64,000 nt of DNA, from positions 64,001-128,000 of the forward strand of contig CAVZPM010000039.1 in assembly GCA_963777155.1 (NCBI GenBank). The letters run 5' to 3'. Under the pieces are notes generated by a model, which was not told the origin of the DNA, did no database searches, and was given only the letters and a program-made list of their open reading frames with translations. This DNA is from Candidatus Bathyarchaeota archaeon (lineage in GTDB: Archaea > Thermoproteota > Bathyarchaeia > Bathyarchaeales > Bathycorpusculaceae). How positions within the stretch are numbered: the first letter of the stretch is position 1; every line of letters starts with the position of its first letter. Below, piece after piece: positions 10,380-20,973 of this stretch. Both the position numbers and the translations under genes were made by a program.

Positions 10380-12084
10380 GTTCGAAGCCTGGTCATTTCG
10401 TCTTTTCGGCCGCTTCGCTCCATATTTTCTGAAAAACGTCTTTCCACAAGTCAAAGGTACGCTAGAGAAGGGTCGAGTGAGAATTTACCCTGAAACATAC
10501 ATCTCACTTATGTTCTTCGTTGCATTGTTAACCCTGCCTGTATCGATTTTCGCGGTAGCGGTGGCTTTAACTTTTGGGTTCTTACCCATTCTTGCCCTAG
10601 CTTTCCTGCCTCTCTTTGTTATCGTAGGTTTTCTGATTGTTCCAATGAACAATGCCAGTGATAGATCCTCTGGTCTGGAGCGCGAAATGCCTTTTGCGGC
10701 AGCATACATCAGTGTTATGTCGTCAGGTGGTATAGCACCCTATACTAGCTTCAAACGTTTAACTCAAGTTGACCTTATGCCTACGATGAGTAAGGAAGCA
10801 AGAGACATCATAAAAGATGTGGAAATCTTCGGCGTTGATCCACTTTCAGCCCTTGATATAGCTGCAAAAAAGACTCCGCTTGACATCTTCAAGGATTTTT
10901 TGGGCGGCTACGCCTCCACGGTCATTATAGGCGGCGACATCGGACACTATCTTGAACGCAAAGCAGAAGATATCTTCAAAATACGTGCACTAAGGGTTAA
11001 AGCGGCTGCTGAACGTCTAGGCATGTTGCTGGAAACTTTCATAATCGTTATGGTTATGATGTCATTGTGTTTTTACATTCTGTTTGCTGTAAATGGCATC
11101 CAGAGTGGAGTCAGCTCAACTGCTGATATATCACAGTTCTCAGGTATACTGCTGTACACTTACATTTTCACGCCTATGCTTTCAGTAATGTTCATCTATC
11201 TCGCGCATAGCATGCAGCCGAAAACACCCCTTATGGAAATGCGTCCATACAAAATATTCGGTATATTCAGTGTAGTTGCTGTAATCGTGTTCCTGCTTCT
11301 CACCAACTTCTTGGGCGCAACTCAGCTTCCAATCTTTACTCAGTTGCAAGCGATAGGAGTTGACTTGCCAATAGCCTTAGCTGTGTCATTGTTCATTTCT
11401 GCCGCACCAGCCGCAATGGTACACATTAAATTAGCCAAAGTCAAAAATAGCATGGAACAAGGAGTCACAAACTTCCTACGAGACCTCACCGAAGTGAGAA
11501 AAACTGGGCTCTCACCGGAAAAATGCATCGAAAGCCTCTCTAAACGTGACTATGGCACTTTCACTAAGGAACTTAGAAAAATCAGCACCGAGATTTCCTG
11601 GGGCATCCCCATCAAGAACGTCATGATGAAATTCCTTCACCGGACACAAAGTTGGATGGTGCAAATCGTCATGTTTCTGCTAGTCGAGACCATAGATGTG
11701 GGAGGCGGAACCATCGCTATGATCGAGTCTTTAGCGCGGTTCAACAATCTAACTCAAGAAGTGGAAAAAGAAAAGAAAATGAATGTCCGCCCCTACGTAT
11801 TCATGCCTTACTTAGCCTCGATTCTGCTGGTGGCGACTACCATAATGATGATGGGATTAACCACCGGAATAACTGTGCCTGGGGTGAACTCCGCTCCACA
11901 GGATAACAGTCTGATGCAGGTAGTATTCATCTCATCTGTTATCTTCAACAGCTATCTCATCGGTATTGTTGCAGGAAAAATCAGTGAAGAATCCGTTGGA
12001 GCGGGCTTTAAGCATGCTGCCATACTTGTCCTAATCTCAATAGTAGCTGCCAAGTTGATTCCGCAATTCGTAAAACTAGGATAA
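10369..12084 (+). CDS. Type IV pilus membrane platform protein (FlaJ/TadC, two T2SSF domains)
   Basis: Polytopic membrane protein with two T2SSF-like segments (EREMPFAAAY...; FLRDLTEVRKTGL...YG), overlapping ATPase stop; start ATG 10369. Confidence 0.9.
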   Translation: MLNKFEAWSFRLFGRFAPYFLKNVFPQVKGTLEKGRVRIYPETYISLMFFVALLTLPVSIFAVAVALTFGFLPILALAFLPLFVIVGFLIVPMNNASDRSSGLEREMPFAAAYISVMSSGGIAPYTSFKRLTQVDLMPTMSKEARDIIKDVEIFGVDPLSALDIAAKKTPLDIFKDFLGGYASTVIIGGDIGHYLERKAEDIFKIRALRVKAAAERLGMLLETFIIVMVMMSLCFYILFAVNGIQSGVSSTADISQFSGILLYTYIFTPMLSVMFIYLAHSMQPKTPLMEMRPYKIFGIFSVVAVIVFLLLTNFLGATQLPIFTQLQAIGVDLPIALAVSLFISAAPAAMVHIKLAKVKNSMEQGVTNFLRDLTEVRKTGLSPEKCIESLSKRDYGTFTKELRKISTEISWGIPIKNVMMKFLHRTQSWMVQIVMFLLVETIDVGGGTIAMIESLARFNNLTQEVEKEKKMNVRPYVFMPYLASILLVATTIMMMGLTTGITVPGVNSAPQDNSLMQVVFISSVIFNSYLIGIVAGKISEESVGAGFKHAAILVLISIVAAKLIPQFVKLG

Positions 12085-12090
12085 GGAGCG

Positions 12091-12972
12091 ATGACAATGC
12101 GAAATAGTCAAAGAAGCTTTCGGAAAGATAAGAGGGCAGCTAGCCCAGCTATCTCAACGGTCATAATGATGGCTGCCGGAGTCGCCATGATTCTAGTTGC
12201 AATGACTTACGCAAACAACATGTTAGGAACGAAGATGGCAGAGAACGAATACAACACAAACAAGCAATTCATGCAAACTACGGGACAACAAATTGATGAC
12301 ATCGCTTGGACAGTGGGTCGTACTCAAACAGTCAGTTTTTCAAGCAAGTATGGCAACATGAAGTTCCAAGAAGTTGCGCTTAACTACACTTTTCAAGTTC
12401 AATACAGTTCAGGGGTATGGCAGAATCTAAGTTTGTCCGGCAAGACAGGAATAATCCTGTATAATATGCCTGTGGGCTACTACTCTTTGGGCAACAACTC
12501 GTTCGCACGCGTTCCATTTGCTTCCAATAGCTCATTTCTCCTGTCTGATTCAACAGCGCCGATAAGCCAAGTTATATGTGAACAGAGATTGCCTATGAGT
12601 GACGGTGGCTACGCGCGAATCGTTTTAGTTCCGACAATGAGGGTTCTTACTTCAACTATAACATCAACCACTGGGTCAACGAACTACTTTAAGTTCTATC
12701 TTCCAGACCTTGAAAACGGTACAAACCTCTACAGATCCCAATCCATAACTTTAACAGGTAATGGTATATCGAAAGTAACTCAAGATCACGTTGACCAAGT
12801 AATTATAAGTGTGAGTTTTCCTCAGGGAGCGTCTCTTGGATTTGATTCTTCTTTTTTCAACTTCAAAAGCAATACTATAACACTCAATAATACTTCCACT
12901 CCGAGGCTGCCAGCTGACTCAGTTGTTGAATTTTATGTTGGCAAAGTGGTTGTTACGATAGGGCAGGTATAA
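12091..12972 (+). CDS. Type IV pilin-like protein with class III signal peptide
   Basis: Basic leader RKDKRA followed by ASPAISTVIMMAAGVAMILVA hydrophobic helix. Confidence 0.8.
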   Translation: MTMRNSQRSFRKDKRAASPAISTVIMMAAGVAMILVAMTYANNMLGTKMAENEYNTNKQFMQTTGQQIDDIAWTVGRTQTVSFSSKYGNMKFQEVALNYTFQVQYSSGVWQNLSLSGKTGIILYNMPVGYYSLGNNSFARVPFASNSSFLLSDSTAPISQVICEQRLPMSDGGYARIVLVPTMRVLTSTITSTTGSTNYFKFYLPDLENGTNLYRSQSITLTGNGISKVTQDHVDQVIISVSFPQGASLGFDSSFFNFKSNTITLNNTSTPRLPADSVVEFYVGKVVVTIGQV

Positions 12973-12990
12973 AACTATGGAGGTTGAATC

Positions 12991-13467
12991 GTGCCGTCGA
13001 TAACCATTGAATACATGATAATGATTCCTGTCCTTATTCTACAGATCTTCCTTTTCCCTATAGCCGCCTCAGTAATCATGAACACTTGGGCGGATTCCAG
13101 CATGACACTTCAACTCCAAGAAACGGCAGGGCACATCGGCAGTTCTATCCAGCAGCTATACTACACTATGAATCACGCCTCAATTCCCAACGGTACAATG
13201 TCAATCACCTTAGATACACCACAATTAATAGAAGGACATGTTTACACAACGACCCTAAGTCATGCGAATAACCTTGAAACCTCAATCCAAATAATGAACG
13301 TCACGCTCAAGCTGTTAGGCACCAAAGACCAAACTTCAACATTAGTGACGCTTGGACAAAATGTTGACTGGCAAGAAAACTTGGCCTTCAATAGCACTGC
13401 GCATTCACTTAGCATAGTCGCCCACAAGACGTCTAATTCTATCTTGCTATCCTTCGGAGGAACATAA
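12991..13467 (+). CDS. Minor pilin-like protein
   Basis: N-terminal ITIEYMIMIPVLILQIF hydrophobic helix with Glu; located in pilus operon. Confidence 0.7.
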   Translation: MPSITIEYMIMIPVLILQIFLFPIAASVIMNTWADSSMTLQLQETAGHIGSSIQQLYYTMNHASIPNGTMSITLDTPQLIEGHVYTTTLSHANNLETSIQIMNVTLKLLGTKDQTSTLVTLGQNVDWQENLAFNSTAHSLSIVAHKTSNSILLSFGGT

Positions 13468-13471
13468 CAAT

Positions 13472-14704
13472 ATGGCGAGTGGATCAATCGACCATATGAT
13501 TTCCCTGATAATATTTATTGCAGCTATCACGATATTTATTGGTCTTTTCAGCCAAAGCATGCAGACCGGGATTACCTACGAACGTCACAAGGTGTTGTCT
13601 ACTAAAACCAGTGACCTCTTAGATAACGTACTCTTGAATCCAGGTATACCTAGTACTTGGGGAAAAAGTGACGGTGCAATTATTGGGTTTGGGCTGCAGA
13701 ATCCAGACTACTCACAATACAAATTGAGTTCGTTTTCTCTGATGCGGTTAGTTTCCACTCAATCGCCTGTTTATTATCCCAGAACTGGCACATACTATAG
13801 CAATGATAGCGTTAGATCAGGCAGCTACTTACTTGTGCCTTCCACAGAAAGCGTAAACTACTCTACCGTTTCCAAGATTCTAGGAATAAATGGTACCTAC
13901 GGATTCCAATTATCTCTGTCTCCAACACTAACTTTTGATTTTCAAAAAATATCTGATTATTCGCCACTAACTATGCAGGTTAGCATATACGGCACGGGTT
14001 ATCCACTTGCAAATGCACCAATAATCTATAGCCTTATGGTAGTTAACCCAGGCACAGGTAATTATCCCTCATACACAGTTGTCAACAATGTATCTACCAC
14101 TGATGGAGCGGGATTAGCACAATTGGTATTTCCCCAAATCACTAGCGGAAGCCAATCTTATGCGCTAATAATATATTCAGACCTTAATGGACTCAAAGGA
14201 ACAGGCTACTACGTAAACAATCCACCTAGCTTCTCTAAAACAGTGATTCCTTTAACTGATAGTTTCCAAAACAGAACAATCTTGCTTACCCACAGCGACT
14301 CCATAGGTCAGCCTCCACAGCCTCCAGTTTACTCAAAGTTGGGTTATAACGCATCATTTGTGATTTTGACTGAGGATTACACATTGCGCCAAGTACAATT
14401 AGACCAACAAAGTGCGGTTGGAAATCTATCTTATGCCTCCGGCAGCGAACCAGACCACGTTTCCATAACGGTTCCAGATAATGAAGGAATTTTAATTGTA
14501 ACTTACAAGAGCACTTCAGGGCAGTGTGGGGTTGTTCTAATGCCTTGGGGGTTGGGTTCTCTGGCTTTCCCCCTAAAGTTTGGCGGTAATCCAGCGGGAC
14601 AAGAATGGGTTACAACTGATATTCGGCAAGTTACTGTCGGCGGTATCGCTTATCAGGCTCAACTTAGCCTTTGGAATCTGCAAGGATATTCGGGGACTGG
14701 TTAA
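13472..14704 (+). CDS. Minor pilin-like protein
   Basis: N-terminal SIDHMISLIIFIAAITIF helix, PGIPSTW..FGL motif, S/T/N-rich ectodomain. Confidence 0.7.
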   Translation: MASGSIDHMISLIIFIAAITIFIGLFSQSMQTGITYERHKVLSTKTSDLLDNVLLNPGIPSTWGKSDGAIIGFGLQNPDYSQYKLSSFSLMRLVSTQSPVYYPRTGTYYSNDSVRSGSYLLVPSTESVNYSTVSKILGINGTYGFQLSLSPTLTFDFQKISDYSPLTMQVSIYGTGYPLANAPIIYSLMVVNPGTGNYPSYTVVNNVSTTDGAGLAQLVFPQITSGSQSYALIIYSDLNGLKGTGYYVNNPPSFSKTVIPLTDSFQNRTILLTHSDSIGQPPQPPVYSKLGYNASFVILTEDYTLRQVQLDQQSAVGNLSYASGSEPDHVSITVPDNEGILIVTYKSTSGQCGVVLMPWGLGSLAFPLKFGGNPAGQEWVTTDIRQVTVGGIAYQAQLSLWNLQGYSGTG

Positions 14705-16009
14705 ATGATTCGAACAATCGAAATCCTATTTGTTATAATAATTATCTCTGGCGCAGTGATTGCGACTTCATACTTTACTGTTCTACCATCGCCAAGAGAA
14801 GTCTCGCCAATAAACCTTCGACGCTTATCTTTCACGACCTTGCAGGTGCTTGATTCAGATTATGACTTAAGTCGAGCTGCTTTCCAAACGGATAATGCTA
14901 CAGCTTGGAGCGGGCTGCAAGTTGCGCTTTCAGCTTCCTTACCTTCCAACGTAGTGTACAATCTAACAGTTTATGACGTCAATGATCAAGATGGGCAAGT
15001 CTATAGCTATGTGTCTTCTATCTCAAATGCCGCGAGCCTTTCAACCTCTGATGTTTCGACTTACACTGTGGCCTCTTCGAACGTTACATTTAATTTTACA
15101 CCACAGAAAATCGGTGAAGGCAGCGGTGGAACTCTCTACATATTGAATTGCAGTGACGCAAATGGATGGTGGATTACAGGCTATACAGCGCAGAGCTTAG
15201 CACAAGACCTCTACAACCTGTTATCGCCATATTTTGTTAACACTATAATGGTTCAAAATACGTCCCAGCTTGCCCAGATTTAAGCGGAACATCCATTACA
15301 AGGAGAGTCTCTTCAGAACGCGGTTGTCATCAATACTTATGGAGAAGCGGTACCTATCCCAACGACTTATTGCCAAGCGCCTTATTCCCAGAACGCGTAT
15401 GCGTATTACAGTTACTACTTAGGGCAACGGGTAAACCTTTACAATTGGACCTGGTCCAGCATAGTAGGCTACCCATTCTACTATGTAAGCAACACTGGGG
15501 CGTTTTCAGGTGTACAAAATGGTTGGGGTATTTACGGGATGCAAATGACGGGTCCAGGAGGCTCAAGGGCTTTCCTCGAGGGTATAAATAACCAAACCTA
15601 TGTTTCTAACACTAATGCAGTTACTGATAGTGCTAACAGGCAGGTCACATTTACACAAAACGTCTTAGATAAGAGCAATTATTATGGAATTTATCCTTCG
15701 ACATATCAGACTTCAACCAGAGCCTTATCCAACTCAACCTTGGCAGGTTACAACCTTAGAGTTGGACTCAACATATTCAACCCGGCTGGTGACTATTTTG
15801 CTGGAGCCATTTACAATCACTATGCAACTGGTTCATCAAACATTACTGGTTCACTCTTAGCCTTAGGATTAACTCGAACACCTGACGTTCGAGTCACAGG
15901 CATAGGTCTCCTGTCATATTATCAACCTAGATTATATGCATCAGAATATACAGCACAGGGCACTTCGCGATTGGTAATTTTACAGTTGGGTTTGGTGGGG
16001 AGTGTATAG
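14705..16009 (+). CDS. Minor pilin-like protein interrupted by one in-frame TAA at 15281-15283
   Basis: ORFs 14705..15283 and 15539..16009 share a frame; the intervening frame is open (PLQGESLQNAVVINTYGEAVPIP...WGIYGMQM). Confidence 0.7.
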
Positions 16010-19000
16010 AATGAACAACAAAGGTCAATTTTCAATCATAGCCGCATTGCTTGTTGCAGTGGTCTTAATCGCTTCAGTTATTGGCACTTACTCAGCCATT
16101 CGCTATAGTCCGATCCAAGAACAACCTCAAATCTTGAGTTCTATAGATGAAACCAACCAAGCGCTTAAACAGCTATTAGGTTTTACTGTAGGTTATTATG
16201 GTTCCGTTTTAAAGGTAACAGGAAATGTGACTTATGCTCAGAAGTTAGCCCAAGACTACTTTGATGGCGGCATTGGGAATCTGGGTTCTATTAAGCCTGA
16301 GTGGGGTTTGGCGTTGAATGCCTCTCAAGTGGAGCTTAAAGCGAATTGGTTTACCAACGATAGTTACAGTCAAGGTAGTATGAACGTCACTTATGATTTG
16401 AACGGTTTAGGAATAACGGGAGTAAGCTACTCCGCTTCAAGTCGATTAGAGGTACAAGTATCAAACATTAACTCAACAACGCAGGCACAGTTCAAAATAT
16501 TAACAGACAACAGTGAACCACTAATCAACCTTGGAGCTAATAACCTGAAGTTCTTCCGATATGTGTTTGGAAACTTAACATGGGACTTTTCGGTTCCTAC
16601 CAACGTAATTTCGCATGCAGATGGAACTTACATAGTTGACTTGCCTTCAGGAGTATCAAGCAACGCCTACGTGCTTCAAGTTGAAGATATCCGTGGTCTC
16701 TCAGTTTTAGCCGCATCTTACAGCCAATTCACTTCTTCGATTGCTTGGAATAAAACAGCGTACGGAACTGATTTGGACTATGTAGATAACGCCAACTTAA
16801 ACGTTACCGGTACACATGGTAACTTCACTGCCCAACAATACGGACCCGACAATGTCTACGACACCTTGACAGAAGCAGCTTCAGGAATCACTCAAGTGCC
16901 AAGCTACCCCACAAACTACAACACCTACGGCTCAACCACATTAGCTAGTGGGTCCATAGGTAATTTGCAAGTTAACGATGGCAATTACCTTAGTTTTCAC
17001 TCTTATAGTTCAGCCTATGGTGGCTCAGCTAACTTTGGATACACCTCAGTAGGCGGGACAAGCAGCGATTTAACTTACGTCAGAGGTTCCAGATTTACAT
17101 TAGGTGCATCAAACGGTTTAGCAAATAGTGTAAGTGCATACCTGGGTTTCACAGGTTCTAGTAATACTTTCGGGAACACCAACACCGGTTCCTCGGGTAG
17201 TGCAATCATCGACACGATTAGGGGTCAACGTTTTACTTCTCCTGCCAATCCAGTCGTCGCCCAAAGCATATCCGCTTATATTTACTGCACAACAAGCGCC
17301 AAGAACATGAAAGCAGCCCTCTATGACTCAAGCGGAAACCTAATTGCTACAACCAACCAAAACTCTATACCTGCAAGCGCTTCTGCGGCTTGGCAGACCT
17401 TTATTTTTGCTTCTCCGCCAACCTTAACGGCAAACACCCAATATGTGTTGGTGGTTTGGTCCCAGTTTGGAACAGGAAGTGGCGATCTACGCTATAGCTC
17501 TGCAACTGGTGGTAACGGTCGTTCTCTAAGTCAATCTTACGGAACTTGGCCATCTTCACCGTCTTTTTCAACGGACGCTGTTCAATACTCAATCTACTGT
17601 AACTACCTAACAACATTCAAGGTGCAAGCCGCCATTTATTCTGGCACTGGTGGTGCAATTGTTGGAACAACGGAGGAAAAGACCTTAACGACAACCAACG
17701 GCTGGGTCACCTTCAACTTTATAACCCAACCAACATTAACTGCATCTACAAATTATGTTTTAGCCATTGAGTCTTCTGATACAAGCGCAACCATGTACTA
17801 CAATAGCGGTGCAGAGTATTTCCGTGCTTCTAGGAACTATCCCACCTGGCCAACCACAATTGCTGACCAGGGCAGTCAACGTCGATATAGCATCTACTGT
17901 ACTTATTCACCTGCGAACCAGCACACCGCACAGGTTGAGTTAATAGGCAATTCAACTGCGCCTTTACCGTGGAGTGACCTTACATGGGTTATAGACAGTT
18001 CAACTTCCACGAGTTCAGTTGCTACAACTTTCCAACTCTACAACTGGGGCACAGGACAATACCCCATTAGTGGCGACGGGTATATGACAGCATCACTTTC
18101 AAGTGGCGATACAACAAAGACACAAACGATAGTTGTTAATCCTGCTAACTTCTTGAACAGTAGTGGCTATTGGAAAGTAATGATTACTGCAGTCAAATCG
18201 GTTGCCACAGCCTTTGACCTCAATTTTGACATGGTGCAGTACAGCCCAGACGCTACCAATTACGCACTTAACCTTCAAGAACAATGGACAAATGTTAACG
18301 CGACGAACCTTCGCCAAGATCTTTGCATCAAAACAGGCACCATGGGTACAGAGCCTTTGTTAGTCCAGGTCTTACATAGTGGCGTATGGCAGAATCTGAT
18401 GACGCTATCTCCGAACTATTTCAACAATGTTTCCCTCGCGCCATACATAGACTCTTCAACTCTCACAATTCGTTTCATAGGAACCAACGATGTAACCGAT
18501 CCAACACAGGACAGTTGGAACATCGACTCAGTGTTCCTGCAAGATGAACCCGACATCACCTTCCTGGTCAATCAGCAACAATCTACATTTGCACTTGAGA
18601 TCCTTCAGAACGGTACAATGCGCTGGCTGGGGCAAAATATGCAAATAACTACCCAAACCTTACCCATTCCACCCATTCCAGTGAAAGCAATTCATGTTAA
18701 CCAGACAATAAACGGCATAAACCAGGAAGTTCCTTTCCAAATTGAAGACTGGGCGTCTAACTACCAAATACCCTTGGGATTAACGAGTAACACTACCCTC
18801 TTCGGAAATAGGCAAATGATTGTCTTTCTCTTAAATAGTAAAGTTACCGATTTTACAGTTTGGTGGAATGGAAGCGATATAGCAACCCAAACACCGCTAG
18901 CCTACACCAGTAGATACTTCACTAATGACAATCCAACCTCCTCGATACTTACGAATGGTAACGTTACTCTCCAATTCGGAAGCTTTAATGTTAAGACAAC

Positions 19001-19733
19001 TGTTGCTGGATCGGGCAACTTTAGTACCGCAAATTTCATGCGTATTAACCAGGAAGCAAGCGTGTATGGTGCCGGCGCGGCATTTGTGATTCACCATGGT
19101 ATAGTCAGAGATGTTGTTCAGCAAGAAGCAGAGTGGAACGATGGTGCAGCGGGTTCTCCCAACCTCTATGCAAACATCGTCTTAACACTTCCAGCAAACA
19201 CAACCTACTACACGTACCAACTACGAATAATGTTTATTACTTCAACTCAGGCACGCTCTATCACAGATCTCTGTCCAATACAACTCACAACCTCTCTGTC
19301 CTCAGTGCAGACTCAAACAGAAAATGGCACACTCGCTGGCTTACCTACAATTCAGAATGGCACAGGAACCTTCATTAACTCTACAATCAGCAGTTGGACG
19401 CCGCATCACTTTAGCCAATTCATGTCAAGCGATGGAAAGGGTGCAGGATTAATGTTTTCAGACGTAGCTAACCAGAAGCTTTACGCATTTGATTCCTTCT
19501 CAGCAAGCACCTCTAAGGGTGCCTTAAAAGCTAGCAGTGGATTGCTTGAATTGTTGCCTGTGAGCCAATCGCAAGTTCAGTTTACCTACGCCTATGATAC
19601 TACTTGGGTGGGTGCAGTAGCAACGTTTGATGGAACAACACCTATCGCTAATCTTTATAGAGGAACTACTCCTATGGGTCTTTGGATTTTAGTTGAGTAT
19701 CCACCCACGTTAACCGTTACAGTAAATAGTTAA
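16002..19733 (+). CDS. Giant pilin-like adhesin (1243 aa) with class III signal peptide and nested repeat domains
   Basis: MNNKG/QFSIIAALLVAVVLIA prepilin motif; S/T/N/Y-rich beta domains; internal duplicated DUF4082-like domain. Confidence 0.8.
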   Translation: MYRMNNKGQFSIIAALLVAVVLIASVIGTYSAIRYSPIQEQPQILSSIDETNQALKQLLGFTVGYYGSVLKVTGNVTYAQKLAQDYFDGGIGNLGSIKPEWGLALNASQVELKANWFTNDSYSQGSMNVTYDLNGLGITGVSYSASSRLEVQVSNINSTTQAQFKILTDNSEPLINLGANNLKFFRYVFGNLTWDFSVPTNVISHADGTYIVDLPSGVSSNAYVLQVEDIRGLSVLAASYSQFTSSIAWNKTAYGTDLDYVDNANLNVTGTHGNFTAQQYGPDNVYDTLTEAASGITQVPSYPTNYNTYGSTTLASGSIGNLQVNDGNYLSFHSYSSAYGGSANFGYTSVGGTSSDLTYVRGSRFTLGASNGLANSVSAYLGFTGSSNTFGNTNTGSSGSAIIDTIRGQRFTSPANPVVAQSISAYIYCTTSAKNMKAALYDSSGNLIATTNQNSIPASASAAWQTFIFASPPTLTANTQYVLVVWSQFGTGSGDLRYSSATGGNGRSLSQSYGTWPSSPSFSTDAVQYSIYCNYLTTFKVQAAIYSGTGGAIVGTTEEKTLTTTNGWVTFNFITQPTLTASTNYVLAIESSDTSATMYYNSGAEYFRASRNYPTWPTTIADQGSQRRYSIYCTYSPANQHTAQVELIGNSTAPLPWSDLTWVIDSSTSTSSVATTFQLYNWGTGQYPISGDGYMTASLSSGDTTKTQTIVVNPANFLNSSGYWKVMITAVKSVATAFDLNFDMVQYSPDATNYALNLQEQWTNVNATNLRQDLCIKTGTMGTEPLLVQVLHSGVWQNLMTLSPNYFNNVSLAPYIDSSTLTIRFIGTNDVTDPTQDSWNIDSVFLQDEPDITFLVNQQQSTFALEILQNGTMRWLGQNMQITTQTLPIPPIPVKAIHVNQTINGINQEVPFQIEDWASNYQIPLGLTSNTTLFGNRQMIVFLLNSKVTDFTVWWNGSDIATQTPLAYTSRYFTNDNPTSSILTNGNVTLQFGSFNVKTTVAGSGNFSTANFMRINQEASVYGAGAAFVIHHGIVRDVVQQEAEWNDGAAGSPNLYANIVLTLPANTTYYTYQLRIMFITSTQARSITDLCPIQLTTSLSSVQTQTENGTLAGLPTIQNGTGTFINSTISSWTPHHFSQFMSSDGKGAGLMFSDVANQKLYAFDSFSASTSKGALKASSGLLELLPVSQSQVQFTYAYDTTWVGAVATFDGTTPIANLYRGTTPMGLWILVEYPPTLTVTVNS

Positions 19734-19843
19734 GTCTCCGAAACTGGTCAAGTCCATTGTACGAAGCAGCAATTACCAACAAAATCTTATTAGCCTAACC
19801 ATCAACAAATTGTTGTTATAACAGAAAAGGATGCGACCAGCAA

Positions 19844-20668
19844 ATACAATCATTACAGATCGCTTTAACCGCGGCAAACGTAATTGTCACCTTGGTTTTT
19901 CTGCTTTATGCTTCGTGGCGAGATCACAAAACAAGGGAAGTCAGTAATCGCGTTTGGGTAATTTACGGGCCTATAGCACTAACTCTGTCTCTCTCCGAAT
20001 TACTATTCTTTGAGCCATCTCAATTACCCCTTTATGGTTTAAGTGTTGGTGTAACAGTTGGTTTTGCGCTTCTTTTGTTCTATTCTAGCGGCTTTGGTGG
20101 TGCAGACTCTAAAGCCCTCATGTGTATCGCTCTTGCTTTACCCTTTGCCCCTGTTGCCCTCACTATGCCCTTCTTAGCTGAGGGACTATCGCCCATTGCT
20201 CAGTATATTTATCCCATAACTATTCTAGGTAACTCCGTTTTTTTCGCTGCGGCAACCGCCATATATATGGCTCTGCGAAATGTCGTTTGGCACAAAAAAA
20301 ACGGTGTTCAAATGTTCCAGGGGACACTAGCTTCCGAGTCCCTGGGCAAAAAATTTCTTGCGGCCATAACTGGTTATCCTACACCTGTTGACACACTAAA
20401 GAAAAAGCATATGTTCCCAATGGAAGACCTCGAGGAACAAACGGAAAACTTTGTGAAACGCAAACTTGTGGTGTTTCCACAGGATGAGGAGACACAAGAT
20501 AAAACCCTTGAACGTCTATCTAACGCTGTGCAATCTGGAAAAATCAATAACTATGTTTGGGCAACCCCGGGATTGCCTATGTTGATTTTTGTTACTTTAG
20601 GCTTAATTGTTGCCTTAACCTTTGGCGACATTGTGTGGCTGCTAATCAGACTTATTTTAGGAGCCTAA
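19844..20668 (+). CDS. Prepilin peptidase, family A24 (PibD/FlaK-like)
   Basis: ASWRDHKTREV (first Asp), FGGADSKAL (GxxD), WATPGLPM C-terminal motif. Frame is open upstream of TTG 19892, so the start is uncertain. Confidence 0.88.
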   Translation: MQSLQIALTAANVIVTLVFLLYASWRDHKTREVSNRVWVIYGPIALTLSLSELLFFEPSQLPLYGLSVGVTVGFALLLFYSSGFGGADSKALMCIALALPFAPVALTMPFLAEGLSPIAQYIYPITILGNSVFFAAATAIYMALRNVVWHKKNGVQMFQGTLASESLGKKFLAAITGYPTPVDTLKKKHMFPMEDLEEQTENFVKRKLVVFPQDEETQDKTLERLSNAVQSGKINNYVWATPGLPMLIFVTLGLIVALTFGDIVWLLIRLILGA

Positions 20669-20679
20669 AACTCCAAAAT

Positions 20680-20880
20680 TTACTGTAGAATATTTTTACT
20701 TTTTTTAGAATAAGAAATCGAAGCTGTAACCATAGATACTGAGCCGAAACCCACGAACGCAAGTGCAATTCCTCGGTAGGGATAACTTAAGCTTAGACTT
20801 TGGTAAGAATAAAAGAACATTGATACCGCGAATAAGGCGATGGCAACCAATAGCAAACTAACTTCTGTCTTGAACTCTAT
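20680..20880 (-). CDS. Small two-TM membrane protein not in the ORF track
   Basis: Reverse strand reads IEFKTEVSLLLVAIALFAVSMFFYSYQSLSLSYPYRGIALAFVGFGSVSMVTASISYSKKSKNILQ*; no canonical start codon at its 5' end. Confidence 0.5.
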   Translation of the reverse strand: MEFKTEVSLLLVAIALFAVSMFFYSYQSLSLSYPYRGIALAFVGFGSVSMVTASISYSKKSKNILQ

Positions 20881-20973
20881 ACTCCTCTACTCCCCTTTCA
20901 GTATAACGAATTAGTATTCTAAATCAAAAGGTTATTTTAGCTTTTTGGAAAATACACTACTAGGAGCCTTCAA

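Noticed and set aside
8586-20668. Archaellum operon
   Set aside because: No archaellin, FlaH, FlaF/G or chemotaxis genes
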